A DNA stretch of 64,000 nucleotides, taken from the IMG/VR virus record IMGVR_UViG_3300021138_000016, positions 14,143-78,142 of that record; one strand, written 5' to 3'. The position numbers and the translations under genes are program-made. Positions 19,449 to 30,413 of the stretch are shown piece by piece. Origin of the DNA: a virus. The notes under the pieces were generated by a model, which was given only the letters and a program-made list of their open reading frames with translations, made no database searches and was not told where the DNA came from. Every line of letters starts with the position of its first letter. The stretch's first letter is position 1.

Positions 19449-21104
19449 TTACTTTAATCCTGTTTGTTTAATATATTCATCAACGCTTACCCCCGATGCC
19501 TTTGCCGCTTTAGTAATTTGGTCTATGCTGAAACTTTTTGAGCCTAGCTTATACTGCTTTTGTTCGTTATTCTTTGCAGGTTCTTTACCAATTAATTTAT
19601 TAACCCCACCTTCTTTGTGCAAAATATCTTGCGCCTGTTTAAGTATATCTAAATGTTCTTTACTTGTTCCCGAACCACTTGTCTTAACTATTTTATTCAT
19701 TAAGTCATTTGTAGTTACAGGCTCTCCCGAAGTGTATAAAGGTATGTTTTTATCTTTCTTTATTTCTCCAACTTTAGGGGCTTCCCCCTTTTTAGTCACA
19801 TCCCAAATATCAATTTCTGATTGAGAATACCTACTATAATAGATAGGTCTTATTTCCCCATCGGGTGTTCTAGTTATAACATCGGGGTGAATAGTTTTTG
19901 TTTCTATTTTTATCTTACCTGCATCGTCTTTTATCTCAACTTTTTCTTGTTTGTCAAATAATTTATTTATATCTGTTGAAACCGATAATACGGGTTCTTT
20001 TTGTCCCCCTTGTACTGATATTGCGGGAGTGTTTTCATCTACGTTAGTGAGAACATCTTTTGTGATATTAACCAACCCTTTTGCTGCTTCCGACTTCTCT
20101 TTATCAGAATGTCCAAATTCAAGATTTTTTAAATATATAGCTTGTCTTTGTCTTTTATCTGCAAGCATCAACTCTGTTTCTCTTTTATAAGCAGGGTCTT
20201 GTTCGTCTTTAATTGTTTCTTTGCCACCTTCGGGTCTATATGCTTCTTGCCAAGATTTTAGCCAAAATGCTTTTTCGGGATTAGTTGGATTTTCTTTTTT
20301 GAAAACTTCTTTTTGCTCGTCAGGTAGTTTGTTGAACATATATTTAGAAGCATCTGAAATAGAATACTTTTGATTTCCGCCCGCAGGTTGGTTACTATCA
20401 TAAAGAGCATTGCCAATATTCATATATTGCCCCTTATCAAATTCTATCCCCCCTTCTTTTCTTCTTAATAATCCCGTATAAATAGCTTTATCCCCTTCAC
20501 CTTCCATCACACGTTCCCCTTGCGATGGGTATTGTTTTGATTTACCTATACCACCGTGTTCTACTGTTGTGAGAACCTTGCTAGATAACCCTTGAAGGTC
20601 TACTGTCTTAGGCATATCAAATTGGAATATAGGTGCATCTAACCCCCCTTGTCTAAAATCTGCTATCCTTTTTTTATTTTCATCAGTAAGTACACTAGGG
20701 TCTTTATCTGCAAATGATTGTTGTGTTTGTAGGTATGAGTTACGGGCTTTGCTTTTTTGCATATTACCCAATAATTGTTGAAATTCGGGGTCATTACCTA
20801 TTTGTGCTAACTTGCTAGGGTTTTGAGCCATCTTTTGAAAGTAGGCGGTTGATTGCTTTTGAAGTAGTGGGACATCTTCTTGCATTACACCTGCCCAATC
20901 TAATTGATGATTAGCAGCCCAATCTGCTACTTGCTTTTGATGATTTTCGTACTTAGCCCAATCGTATTGTGCTTTTTCGTGCGCTGCATCCCAAACCCCT
21001 TTTAAACCGCTAGATATATCCAATACAACGGCAGGGCTACCTGCAACGAGGTTAGCATCTTTGTCAAAGCTATTGATTTCTCCTAAAGAGGGTTCGTTTG
21101 CCAT
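19449..21104 (-). CDS. Internal virion/ejection protein (middle)
   Basis: Position; helical, Q/K/E-rich. Confidence 0.6.
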   Translation of the reverse strand: MANEPSLGEINSFDKDANLVAGSPAVVLDISSGLKGVWDAAHEKAQYDWAKYENHQKQVADWAANHQLDWAGVMQEDVPLLQKQSTAYFQKMAQNPSKLAQIGNDPEFQQLLGNMQKSKARNSYLQTQQSFADKDPSVLTDENKKRIADFRQGGLDAPIFQFDMPKTVDLQGLSSKVLTTVEHGGIGKSKQYPSQGERVMEGEGDKAIYTGLLRRKEGGIEFDKGQYMNIGNALYDSNQPAGGNQKYSISDASKYMFNKLPDEQKEVFKKENPTNPEKAFWLKSWQEAYRPEGGKETIKDEQDPAYKRETELMLADKRQRQAIYLKNLEFGHSDKEKSEAAKGLVNITKDVLTNVDENTPAISVQGGQKEPVLSVSTDINKLFDKQEKVEIKDDAGKIKIETKTIHPDVITRTPDGEIRPIYYSRYSQSEIDIWDVTKKGEAPKVGEIKKDKNIPLYTSGEPVTTNDLMNKIVKTSGSGTSKEHLDILKQAQDILHKEGGVNKLIGKEPAKNNEQKQYKLGSKSFSIDQITKAAKASGVSVDEYIKQTGLK

Positions 21105-21114
21105 TAATTATTTA

Positions 21115-21903
21115 TTATTCGGGTGTCCATCCTAATCCACCGTAAGAAGGTTGAGCCATTTCTACTCCCAATGGAGTAGGTGGCAACGCTTGTGGTGCGT
21201 TAGGTGTTGTTAAATTGGGTAAAGGTCTTGAAACTATACTTTGTGGTATAGAATTACCACTAGCATCCGTTGGGGTATATCTTGGGGAATAAGTATCACC
21301 TTTTAGTTGATTTATTTGAGCCTTGTTTAATGCTGTATTTTGCATACCCGTACCAAGTGCAGAAACCCCGCTTATTGCATCACTTAGCCCACCAAAAGCA
21401 TTTTGTTTACCTGCTGCCATTCTTTGCTTCAACTCATTTAACTTCCTTTCATAAGGTTGGTATTCGTTCAAACTCCATTGCATTGTTTTTTGCCCCGCCA
21501 ACTCTTTATTCCGTTCCATAAAACGGTTAATGTTTTCAGTGTGCATTTGTGCATCTGCTACGGCGGTTGAACCTAATTGTTGATTGTAATTTTGCAATAA
21601 TCTTGCTATATTGTTTACATCGCCACCGCCTTGCAATGTTGCCCCAATACCTGCACCTAATCCCCTTTGTGTTTCTTGGGTTAAATAGTCTTTAGCCCCT
21701 GTACCTAATCCCCCTTGCGCTTCTTGTGCTGCAAGGTCACGGTTTTGTTGGTATTCGCTTTGTATCTTATAAAAAGGCTGCCTTAAATTAGCCATTTCTT
21801 TTTTGGCTTTGGCTTCATCACTAAATCCTTCAATAGACTTAGCTATGCCCAAACCTGTTTGTGCAATACCCGCTCCTAAAATTAAACCTCCCGAAATTGG
21901 CAT
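21115..21903 (-). CDS. Small ejection protein (T7 gp14/P22 gp7-like position)
   Basis: Gly/Ala hydrophobic N-terminus (GGLILGAGIAQTGLG) and Gln/Ala-rich helices. Confidence 0.65.
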   Translation of the reverse strand: MPISGGLILGAGIAQTGLGIAKSIEGFSDEAKAKKEMANLRQPFYKIQSEYQQNRDLAAQEAQGGLGTGAKDYLTQETQRGLGAGIGATLQGGGDVNNIARLLQNYNQQLGSTAVADAQMHTENINRFMERNKELAGQKTMQWSLNEYQPYERKLNELKQRMAAGKQNAFGGLSDAISGVSALGTGMQNTALNKAQINQLKGDTYSPRYTPTDASGNSIPQSIVSRPLPNLTTPNAPQALPPTPLGVEMAQPSYGGLGWTPE

Positions 21904-21914
21904 TGTTATTTATT

Positions 21915-22709
21915 TTAATTTGTTACTTGTTTCCATCCGAACCCAGCTGCACTATATCCCTTGCCATTAACCACTCTTGCAATACTCTTCGTATCTAATC
22001 CAAGACTTTTTGCTGCGTGAGATATACTTGTATAATAAGATATAACTACATTTGTTTTTAAATCAAATTGACATACTTTTTTATGTTGAGAAATATTAGA
22101 TTTGCCATCTTTAAATTTCCAAACATATCCCGCACAAGTTTTACTGATACCATTTACTGCATTTTTTATAGCAGTTCTTTTTAATCCATTTTCATTTGCG
22201 GCATCTACCGTACTAGGGTACTCTTTTATAAAGTCACCATTGGTATCATACTGCAATATTGCTCTTTGAGATGCCTCTTTACACTTTAATAAAGTTTCCT
22301 TAGAAGGTTTTACTCTTGCATTATTTACGCTAACCCTATTTCTTGATTCGATAGATAACGACTTCCCAATATTGGATAATGATATTTTTTCTGTCATATC
22401 TTTACTCCTAATCTCTTTTAATTCTCCATATTTAGGCAAAATAGAATTTAAACCTAATTCTAAATCTAATACATTATATAACAACCCAAATTCTCTTTCT
22501 TTTAAAAATCTAATAGAAACATCTCCTTCCCATACTATTTCTGTTTTGTGATTATTATAACCATAAGCAAAAATGCTATTATATAGCTTTAATTGAAATT
22601 TGCAATTACCGTTTTTATAATAGTTCAATCTTCGCTCAAAATTTAAGGTAGAGCCAATATAAACTTGCCCAATAGGATTCGTTATTTTATATACAAATGC
22701 TTTACCCAT
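21915..22709 (-). CDS. GIY-YIG homing endonuclease with NUMOD1-type DNA-binding repeats
   Basis: VYKITNPIGQVYIGST. Two C-terminal repeats: ILQYDTNGDFIKEYPS..AA..CAGYVWK and VCQFD..YYTSISHAA..AAGFGWK. Confidence 0.85.
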   Translation of the reverse strand: MGKAFVYKITNPIGQVYIGSTLNFERRLNYYKNGNCKFQLKLYNSIFAYGYNNHKTEIVWEGDVSIRFLKEREFGLLYNVLDLELGLNSILPKYGELKEIRSKDMTEKISLSNIGKSLSIESRNRVSVNNARVKPSKETLLKCKEASQRAILQYDTNGDFIKEYPSTVDAANENGLKRTAIKNAVNGISKTCAGYVWKFKDGKSNISQHKKVCQFDLKTNVVISYYTSISHAAKSLGLDTKSIARVVNGKGYSAAGFGWKQVTN

Positions 22710-22711
22710 AT

Positions 22712-23173
22712 TTAATTGTTAAAAAATCGTCTCAAAATTACATACTTTTTCTGATTATCTGTAATTTCATTTATTATCTCAAATCCGTTACTTAAAAGAT
22801 GCTTTATTGCGGGGGTGTTTTTGGTACAAAGCCCTGCATAATAATCGTTCCCTAAATTAGCATCTATAAAATTCCAAAACAAAGATAAGAACCATTTTAC
22901 TCTGTACTTCTTCCTTATATGGAAAGAATTTAGAACTATTGAAGTCCCATCTGTAAACCTTGTAAAGAACGCTGCTAATTCATCGTCTACTTTTATTTTG
23001 TACACTATCTCGTCATGCGAAATACACCGCAACGTATCATCAATATTCTCTTGTACTGTACCGCCGTTCTTGTGGACATTTTTATGCCAATCGGGGCTTT
23101 CTTCTGAATATAATTCTTGAACAATGTCTCTAACGTTTTTAACCTGTTTGCAAATAATCTTTCTGCCATCCAT
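22712..23173 (-). CDS. GNAT-fold protein (T7 gp13-like position)
   Basis: FHIRKKYR and KNTPAIKHLLSNGF motifs; lies between muzzle and ejection genes. Confidence 0.6.
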   Translation of the reverse strand: MDGRKIICKQVKNVRDIVQELYSEESPDWHKNVHKNGGTVQENIDDTLRCISHDEIVYKIKVDDELAAFFTRFTDGTSIVLNSFHIRKKYRVKWFLSLFWNFIDANLGNDYYAGLCTKNTPAIKHLLSNGFEIINEITDNQKKYVILRRFFNN

Positions 23174-23486
23174 TATCTATTATAAACTCATTTATTTGTG
23201 ATTGTATTTCAGTATTGTAAGAACCAAAGTTAGGTCTTATTTGTGATTGTTGTAATGTTGGGATATTATTGTTTATCTCTAAAGTAAAATATCCTGCAAT
23301 AGTGCCATTATCTCCTTCTATTCTATAAGGGATTACATTGCTTGTTACCAATGCTATTTTGGCATCTACAAGGGGTTGCAAAACATTCCCATTACCAACA
23401 ACGGGGAAAGCGGTTTGCCTTGCATCCAACAAAACAAACTGAATTAACTTTGCATAATAAAATTCGTAAACAAATCTGAACGTCAT
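23139..23486 (-). CDS. Hypothetical virion-module protein
   Basis: 115-aa ORF coupled to neighbours. Confidence 0.55.
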   Translation of the reverse strand: MTFRFVYEFYYAKLIQFVLLDARQTAFPVVGNGNVLQPLVDAKIALVTSNVIPYRIEGDNGTIAGYFTLEINNNIPTLQQSQIRPNFGSYNTEIQSQINEFIIDNGWQKDYLQTG

Positions 23487-26400
23487 TTTTCTACTATTGA
23501 ATTGCCACTAGCAATGTATTGTAAGTAAATCTTGTTTAACTCAAAGTAACTTCCTGCACTATAAAAATCTTCTATCAATCTAAGTATAAAGTATTTCCCT
23601 GCTACCCTATTGCCATCTACTATCATACTTCTAAAGTCTTGTTCTGCATCGGCAGGGGGGTATGTATTCCCGTTTCTTAAAACTTGCCCGTAAGATAACC
23701 CCTCTTTATTTTGAAAGTAACTCGAAGGTACATAACTAAAGCTATATTTTGCAGTAAAATAAATTAAGTCTATGAACATTTTTGCATTAGTAATGTCTAA
23801 AGCTACATTCTGTAATATCTTTATTGTTTCGGGCATCATATTTATTACTAGCATTAAAGCAGGTAATTGAGTAAGCCCATAATAAGTGCAATAGTCTGTT
23901 GGTGGGGTATTATTGTGATAATAAGGTAATCCTGCTGCAAAACTGAAAAACTGATTGATTGTACCTATGCCCCTTAATTTGCCATAACTTTCGGGGGCGA
24001 ATCCTGCAAACCTTGTCCATCTTCCCGTATTCAAATTAAAGACTAATGTTTCTTGGAAGTCTAATTGAATATTTCTTCTATCGTTTACATAAGATGTTAA
24101 GTCATTTGTTTTGCCCCTTCTTGGTCTGAATGTAAGGTATATGTTTTCTCTTTCTAAATCTATTCCACTTACTACGTCAAATTTGTATCCTGTACTGTTA
24201 TTTTCGTTCCAACTGCCTATGAATTGGGATTTGGCTGTATAGTAAGATTTAATCCCCACTATTGCACCGTTTTCAATAATATGTGTAATGTCTTTTGCTT
24301 GTCTGAAATCACAAAGTACATAGCATCCGTTTCTTTGGTCGTGCCAAAAAGCATACTTATCATTGAATAAAATGCTACTTGTATATTCATAAGCGCATCC
24401 GTAATTATCCCCTATTTTTTGATGTGGCGTACCCATAGCATTATCTAGGTTTGCTATTTGTACTCCTTGTGCGTTTGCATATATGTAGTTGAAGTTAAAG
24501 TCGGTTACAAACCAATCGTTTTCACAAAGGAAAAACACTAATTGGAATTGGGTTTTGATTGCGACAATCCCCCCACGACCATAACCCTTAAACACTTTTC
24601 TGTTTTCATTTCTAAATGTTGCTAATCCGTTCTTTAAACCTTGACTGATATAATCATCTGATTTAATAGTATCATCTAGGTAGAACATTTGTTTTGCATA
24701 GGGGTTTATTAAGTTTGATTGACCCCCACTTGCTGCATCGTAACCCCAACTATCTGTTATGTTTGGGCTTTCAAAGTTATGTGTAAAGAACTGCACCCCT
24801 GCATTTGGGATAGTAATTGAACGTGGGAATAAATAAGTATCCCAATAGTTTAAATCCCCCGTAGTAGGAGCATAGGTAACCCCGTTATACACTATTGAAG
24901 GTTCTCCATCTATTATAGGCATCCAACTTGTAATGAATGTTTGGCTATTTTCTTGTGATTCTGTTTCGCTTTGAAAGAAAGGTGTCAAATCATTATTTTC
25001 AGAAGGGGAATAAATCTCTATCCAAAAGCCTGTTTTAAACTGTAACTGATTGAATCTATTATCGTATTCTACAAATAAATTCACCCCTGTTGATGTGGTT
25101 GTGCTACTTGGTAATACAGTATTTGAAGGGGGCGATATAAGTTGTGCGTTTATCGCTGATTGGTTGTAGTTTGTACCTTGTATTGGTACGTCTATAACTG
25201 CACTTAATAATTGCCCTTGTCCATTATCATATATCCTTAATCTATCGTTTTGTTGGAACTGATAGTTTGCCAATAAGTTAAGATTGTTTTGAATATTTGT
25301 ATTCAATAGGCTTGTAATAGATACAGAACAATACGTTGCCAAAGCGGGGTCAATTACCACTATTCCTGCCGCATTATAATATGTAATGGAATCCCCTACC
25401 CATTGTATGTATTTTTTATAGTTGGTGGCTTTTGTAACAAAGAAAGCCATATATGCTGCATTTTCGGTTTGGGTATATGTATTCAGTTTTAATCCCCCCG
25501 TAGCAATAGCCCATTGTAAATAAGTAGGTAAAGTATTCCCCCTTGAAACAAAAGAAGGTACTGTAATGTCTTGTACTTTTTGGATAGCCGTTACTCTCCC
25601 TGCCAAATCTGCCAAAACAACCCCCACAGAATAACTACCTTGTTGTTTTACACTTGTATATTGATTTGCTATCACATTAACCAATAATGGGTATGGCGAA
25701 TAAAACAATGTCCTTTGTGAAGTGGAACAAGCCGATGCAGGTAAAGCCTGTGGTACTATATATCCACAATTGGCAAGCGTAATCAAGAAATTACCGCCTG
25801 AATTTACATATACCAAGTCTGTTGAAGTGTAAACATTATCAGATGATTTTCTTGTGCTGCTGCTACTTGCATTATGTATGACCAATGTGGCAATACCATC
25901 TTCGTTGGTGTATGCAACTGCCCCATCCTTTACTGATACCCCTATATTTGAATACGGTATAGTGCCACTTAAATCTGTTACTTTTGCCTTATAAATTATT
26001 GCATTTACGTTTACATTGTAAGGCGTGGTATCAGGAGAAACGGGAACGTAGTCTGAAATGTACGATATCCCCATAGTATTATAGCCGCCGCTAGACGCAC
26101 CTTTTGCTAGAATTGTAAATAATATAAAGTTTCCACATTCAAAATAACCTTGAACATGAACATCCGTTGCCGCACTTGTAGCATATCTAAGCATAAAGAA
26201 AAACCCATTCTTATCTGTGTAGTAATACTTGGGAGACCCTGCTCCCGTTGCAGGATAATTTAAGTCTTTAGTGCCAGATATTTGTAATAATTCAAAAGGA
26301 TTGTTTGTAGTCCTAGTGTCATATATGTAGCCTTCATTAAAGCACCATTCCCCTGATTTTGTTGCGGGCGATAATACTATGAAGGAGTTGATGGCATCCC

Positions 26401-28237
26401 CCCACACATCCACGTCACCTGCCGTACAATCAACCTCAAACTCCTTTGAATAATCCAAAATGTCCGCCGTTGCATCAAATCCTTTGGCAGACTTGTAAAG
26501 CCCCATTATATAGGTGCTTTGTCCCCTGAAATCTTGGTTAAGGGAAATGTTGTGACGACCCAATGTTGCCGTGTAATATCCTGCGGGAACTTCAAAGTCA
26601 AAAACACAAACAAAATAGGCATTCTTTGAATAAATAGATGTAAGATAAGTCGTAAGGGCTGTACCGTCTCCGTTGTAATCCAAAGGTGTTGTTATTTCGG
26701 TAAAAACCCCTGCGTCAGACACCCAATTCCATTTCCCCACCGCAAAGTATGGAGTGCCTTTCAAGTAACAGACAAAGGCATTGTTTTCTCCGTCCGCCCC
26801 AAACCTTAAATCGAATGTGGAAAACTGTGAAAAATCAATATGTGCATTAGTTCCGTCAAATGTCATTCCCCCAAAACGCATACCCAACGCATCCTTGCTA
26901 TTATAAAACCCTACCTGTGTGGCATTGTTGTCAGCATTGGTAACGGTGGCGTATAACCTTATCTTTCTTGTAGGTATGACGCAACCCATAGATGCCTTTT
27001 CCTGTACTGAAATGGAAATCTTGTTGGTTATTTCTTGCGGGATATTGTCATAGCCGTATTGATTGTTCCCTAAAACAATTCCATCCCCCAAATCACTCAT
27101 TCCCACACTTAACAGGGGCATATTGCTTTGAACCATCGCAAACAATGATTGGTCAACTATTTGTCCTATTTTAGTGTTATCAAAAATATAGGTAAGCGTA
27201 TTAGTTATTGAATCGTAACTGTTTACATTTGAGTTTTGCCATGCCCCTGTTCTTTTCCAATATTCAACGGGACTATTTGTACCAAACTTATAGATAGTAT
27301 CATATAAATACCAATCACTCCAAGTTACATAAGCATTTACGTTTTGTTGTTTTTTTGTGAACCTATAAAATAGATTTATTTTTTCAACAAGGGGTGACCC
27401 TGTATATAATGTCAATAACCATTGGTTATCTATCAAATTAGGGTTAGCCAAAAATGATTGTGACTGTATTATATTTGGAACTGAAAACGGGGATACTGTT
27501 GTTTCCCTTCCATCAGTATAAACAAACTGATAACAGAACTCAAAACCGTAGTCTAATATATCGTTTAATCCGTTTGTATTATTTAGTTGTGAAACTGCCG
27601 TTACGGGCTGCATAGGTGGTCTAACGGGGTATTCTAACAACTCCCTTCTATCAAAAAGTGGTGGTTGTAAATCATAATAAGGATATTCTGTTGCATCATA
27701 CCCATCAGTATTGATAGCCGCTATTACGTTTATCCATATTTGCCATCTATCCCCGTTTGTAGCGATAAAATACTTCTCAATTACGTTTTTATTTTCATCA
27801 TACTTTACTCTTAATGTGCAACGATGTTCTGCAAAAAATCCGTCTTGTTCGTCTGTAAAGTTTAGTTGTGGGTCTATGATAACTTTTGTTACATTCAAAT
27901 CATCCCCACTTATAATATATATTCCGTGTTGGGAGTTGCTATTATAGTTAAGGTAGTATAATTCTTTTGTTAGTGTACTTTCAAATGTGCCAACGTTTTT
28001 ATTGTATCCATCGGGCAAAACTGAATCAGGCACTTGTACGTTTCTTCTTAGTGGGGTTAGTGCTAATTCGTTCTGACCTTCCCCTGTAGGATTGCCTGTA
28101 CCCGTAGATAGTTGTGGGTTACTGTTTATATCCCATCCTAAGTCCTTTATAAAAGGGGAACTATCGGGCTTCATGGTTTCATTGCTCGAATCAGTATCCA
28201 AAAATAAAGGTAGTATTTTAGATTGCTCTTGTGCCAT
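23483..28237 (-). CDS. Tail muzzle/stabilization protein (crAss muzzle/P22 gp10-like)
   Basis: 1584 aa, beta-rich; FEFCYQFVYTDGRETTVSPFS, TLVFNLNTGRWTRF, NKEGLSYG; position after ring proteins. Confidence 0.75.
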   Translation of the reverse strand: MAQEQSKILPLFLDTDSSNETMKPDSSPFIKDLGWDINSNPQLSTGTGNPTGEGQNELALTPLRRNVQVPDSVLPDGYNKNVGTFESTLTKELYYLNYNSNSQHGIYIISGDDLNVTKVIIDPQLNFTDEQDGFFAEHRCTLRVKYDENKNVIEKYFIATNGDRWQIWINVIAAINTDGYDATEYPYYDLQPPLFDRRELLEYPVRPPMQPVTAVSQLNNTNGLNDILDYGFEFCYQFVYTDGRETTVSPFSVPNIIQSQSFLANPNLIDNQWLLTLYTGSPLVEKINLFYRFTKKQQNVNAYVTWSDWYLYDTIYKFGTNSPVEYWKRTGAWQNSNVNSYDSITNTLTYIFDNTKIGQIVDQSLFAMVQSNMPLLSVGMSDLGDGIVLGNNQYGYDNIPQEITNKISISVQEKASMGCVIPTRKIRLYATVTNADNNATQVGFYNSKDALGMRFGGMTFDGTNAHIDFSQFSTFDLRFGADGENNAFVCYLKGTPYFAVGKWNWVSDAGVFTEITTPLDYNGDGTALTTYLTSIYSKNAYFVCVFDFEVPAGYYTATLGRHNISLNQDFRGQSTYIMGLYKSAKGFDATADILDYSKEFEVDCTAGDVDVWGDAINSFIVLSPATKSGEWCFNEGYIYDTRTTNNPFELLQISGTKDLNYPATGAGSPKYYYTDKNGFFFMLRYATSAATDVHVQGYFECGNFILFTILAKGASSGGYNTMGISYISDYVPVSPDTTPYNVNVNAIIYKAKVTDLSGTIPYSNIGVSVKDGAVAYTNEDGIATLVIHNASSSSTRKSSDNVYTSTDLVYVNSGGNFLITLANCGYIVPQALPASACSTSQRTLFYSPYPLLVNVIANQYTSVKQQGSYSVGVVLADLAGRVTAIQKVQDITVPSFVSRGNTLPTYLQWAIATGGLKLNTYTQTENAAYMAFFVTKATNYKKYIQWVGDSITYYNAAGIVVIDPALATYCSVSITSLLNTNIQNNLNLLANYQFQQNDRLRIYDNGQGQLLSAVIDVPIQGTNYNQSAINAQLISPPSNTVLPSSTTTSTGVNLFVEYDNRFNQLQFKTGFWIEIYSPSENNDLTPFFQSETESQENSQTFITSWMPIIDGEPSIVYNGVTYAPTTGDLNYWDTYLFPRSITIPNAGVQFFTHNFESPNITDSWGYDAASGGQSNLINPYAKQMFYLDDTIKSDDYISQGLKNGLATFRNENRKVFKGYGRGGIVAIKTQFQLVFFLCENDWFVTDFNFNYIYANAQGVQIANLDNAMGTPHQKIGDNYGCAYEYTSSILFNDKYAFWHDQRNGCYVLCDFRQAKDITHIIENGAIVGIKSYYTAKSQFIGSWNENNSTGYKFDVVSGIDLERENIYLTFRPRRGKTNDLTSYVNDRRNIQLDFQETLVFNLNTGRWTRFAGFAPESYGKLRGIGTINQFFSFAAGLPYYHNNTPPTDYCTYYGLTQLPALMLVINMMPETIKILQNVALDITNAKMFIDLIYFTAKYSFSYVPSSYFQNKEGLSYGQVLRNGNTYPPADAEQDFRSMIVDGNRVAGKYFILRLIEDFYSAGSYFELNKIYLQYIASGNSIVEK

Positions 28238-28246
28238 TAAGTGTCA

Positions 28247-29377
28247 TTAATAATTAACGTCCTGTGCGTAATTACCCCCAAAATAAGAAGGCATATAAGT
28301 CTTTTGTGCGAACATTGAACCAAGTTCTTTAACGGTGTATTTGTTTAATTCTCCCAATAACCCCCACTTCATTTTTGCATACTTTACATTATACCCATCA
28401 TTTAATCTTTGCATATTGTCATTATACAAGGTATAGTAGTATTTAAGCCCCATTATGAAAGTAGGTACTGCTATAAAGGGGATTGTCATTTTTTCTAGTG
28501 GAACACTTTCGTAGTAACGTATAAGTACTTTTTTGTGACCAAAATTTTTAGGGAATATCAATCTATTACCTAATTCTGAAATATTGTAAATATCATTAAA
28601 TTGATTTCTGCAATTCCCTCTTGAAAAATAACAACCACATTGCGTACTGTATATGTCTGCTTTTGAACTGCAATAATATATCCAAGTATTTACATTGGGG
28701 GATGGTGGCAACCAAGAATCTCCCCCTATTGCTACCTTTTGATTATTAGGTACAGCGCAATGGGAACAAGCCAATATAGCATCGTAATTTTCTTCACAAT
28801 CTGTAACACATCCTTTTTTATCTGTTTTTAAGGCGCAAAGTTGTGTATTAGTCGTTACTACTTGTGTTGAAGTCCACACACCGTCTGTATATATTGCTTG
28901 TGGGGCTTGTTTTTCTTCGTAATAATGTCCGTCCAAAAAACCCCTTCTAGTAATGCAAGTGAATTGTTGTGTATTCCCATCGGGCAACGGTGCTGTCACA
29001 TAAGATGTAATTCCTTCATACCCCTTAATCATATTACACAACTCATAATTACAAGTACAGTTACCACGCCCCCCTGCATTTACATCAACTAAATCATCGT
29101 GTAACTTTTGATTCATAAATACGGGGGTAAAAGAACCGTTTTCGTTCATTATTGAAACCCCACTTAAATCTAAGTAGTTGCAAGGTAAATCAACCGTATT
29201 CGTTCTTTTGTTTACGTCCAATAATACCCTAGTAGCATTTTTTACTGTTGTAAGATTGAGGTCGTCCCAAACGTATTTTGCAAGACGGTGGTAACGCATC
29301 TTCAACTGTTGCAAGATGTCGTCACCGAAAAGGCTTGCATCTTCTATTGCTTCTGATATAGGGATAAATCTACCCAT
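28247..29377 (-). CDS. Tail tubular/ring protein, Cys-rich
   Basis: VDLPCNYLDL, VLIRYY, IP..AV motifs; position. Confidence 0.65.
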   Translation of the reverse strand: MGRFIPISEAIEDASLFGDDILQQLKMRYHRLAKYVWDDLNLTTVKNATRVLLDVNKRTNTVDLPCNYLDLSGVSIMNENGSFTPVFMNQKLHDDLVDVNAGGRGNCTCNYELCNMIKGYEGITSYVTAPLPDGNTQQFTCITRRGFLDGHYYEEKQAPQAIYTDGVWTSTQVVTTNTQLCALKTDKKGCVTDCEENYDAILACSHCAVPNNQKVAIGGDSWLPPSPNVNTWIYYCSSKADIYSTQCGCYFSRGNCRNQFNDIYNISELGNRLIFPKNFGHKKVLIRYYESVPLEKMTIPFIAVPTFIMGLKYYYTLYNDNMQRLNDGYNVKYAKMKWGLLGELNKYTVKELGSMFAQKTYMPSYFGGNYAQDVNY

Positions 29378-29384
29378 AGGTTAT

Positions 29385-30047
29385 TTATTGTGGGGCTGAA
29401 TCCCCTAGTTTACTTTTTATTTGTTGTAACATTTCATTACTTTCATCATCTACCTTGTTTTGGGGCAATTTACGGGTATCCAATAACAAAGCCAAAACAG
29501 ATTTAACAATATCAAAAGCAATGTCATTGGGGACTTGCAATTCATCGCTATCCCATAACCCTTCTACTTCTACTTCGTTGATGCAAAGTGGGAAATTATA
29601 GGCATCTATCCCGTTCCCCCTTTTTGAAAAGAAAGAAAGCCCTTTAAATTCGGGCGTTAGATAAAATCTTTCTTCGGCAGGTTGTACTTGTGTTATTGTG
29701 CTGAATATGGTGCTAGTATCACAACTACCTATCCCTTCCACATTGAATATGTCCTTATTTTCGGGTAAGGGTATAGTGTAATACTTTCCAAATTCAACCC
29801 TTCTTCTGCCCGATGCAGTAGGTTCTCCTAGTGGGAATTTCTTTCTGAAAAGGTTTGCACTAAAAAAATAGTTTTCATTGTCGTTGTTCTTGTTTTGGTA
29901 TCTCATATACAATTCACGCATAACATTGGCATAACCAAGTTTACAGAACTGTACTATCTTCTGTTGGCTAATCAACTGTTGTGTTGATTTAGGATTACCA
30001 TTGTTGTAGGCACTCCAAATAATATTTGCTAAGTCGTCTAGGCGCAT
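29385..30047 (-). CDS. Tail ring protein (putative)
   Basis: Position and C-terminal VPNDIAFDIVK. Confidence 0.55.
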   Translation of the reverse strand: MRLDDLANIIWSAYNNGNPKSTQQLISQQKIVQFCKLGYANVMRELYMRYQNKNNDNENYFFSANLFRKKFPLGEPTASGRRRVEFGKYYTIPLPENKDIFNVEGIGSCDTSTIFSTITQVQPAEERFYLTPEFKGLSFFSKRGNGIDAYNFPLCINEVEVEGLWDSDELQVPNDIAFDIVKSVLALLLDTRKLPQNKVDDESNEMLQQIKSKLGDSAPQ

Positions 30048-30050
30048 TGA

Positions 30051-30413
30051 TTAAAGGCTTTTGTAAACAAAGTAATTCACCGATACTAAAATAAAAATAT
30101 CCCAAATCCAAACCCATATTTCTATTGTATGAAACCCAAATACAGAAACAACCGTTCCCCAATAAGTTATAGACCCCCAAACAGATGCCATACACTTAAC
30201 ACATCCCCACAAAGGCAATGTCCAATTATTGCCCCTATACTTTTCAAAGAATGAAGGGTTTAGTTTATAAAATATGTTTCCACTACAAATATTCCCCTTA
30301 TTAATATCATTTACACAACCACCTTTAAATGCTTCATAAACACCATTTATAGCTAAAGACTGTAAATAAGTAAAAAGAAGAAAAGATAATATGTATAAAA
30401 AAAGTGTACCCAT
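30051..30413 (-). CDS. Membrane protein with CxxC (DUF1360-like)
   Basis: Three hydrophobic segments; GCVKCMASVWG. Confidence 0.6.
   Translation of the reverse strand: MGTLFLYILSFLLFTYLQSLAINGVYEAFKGGCVNDINKGNICSGNIFYKLNPSFFEKYRGNNWTLPLWGCVKCMASVWGSITYWGTVVSVFGFHTIEIWVWIWDIFILVSVNYFVYKSL

Noticed and set aside
11276-21521. Many plus-strand ORFs of 60-249 aa in the ORF track
   Set aside because: Antisense shadows of Lys/Glu-rich genes, with Ser/Phe/Leu-rich translations and no initiation context
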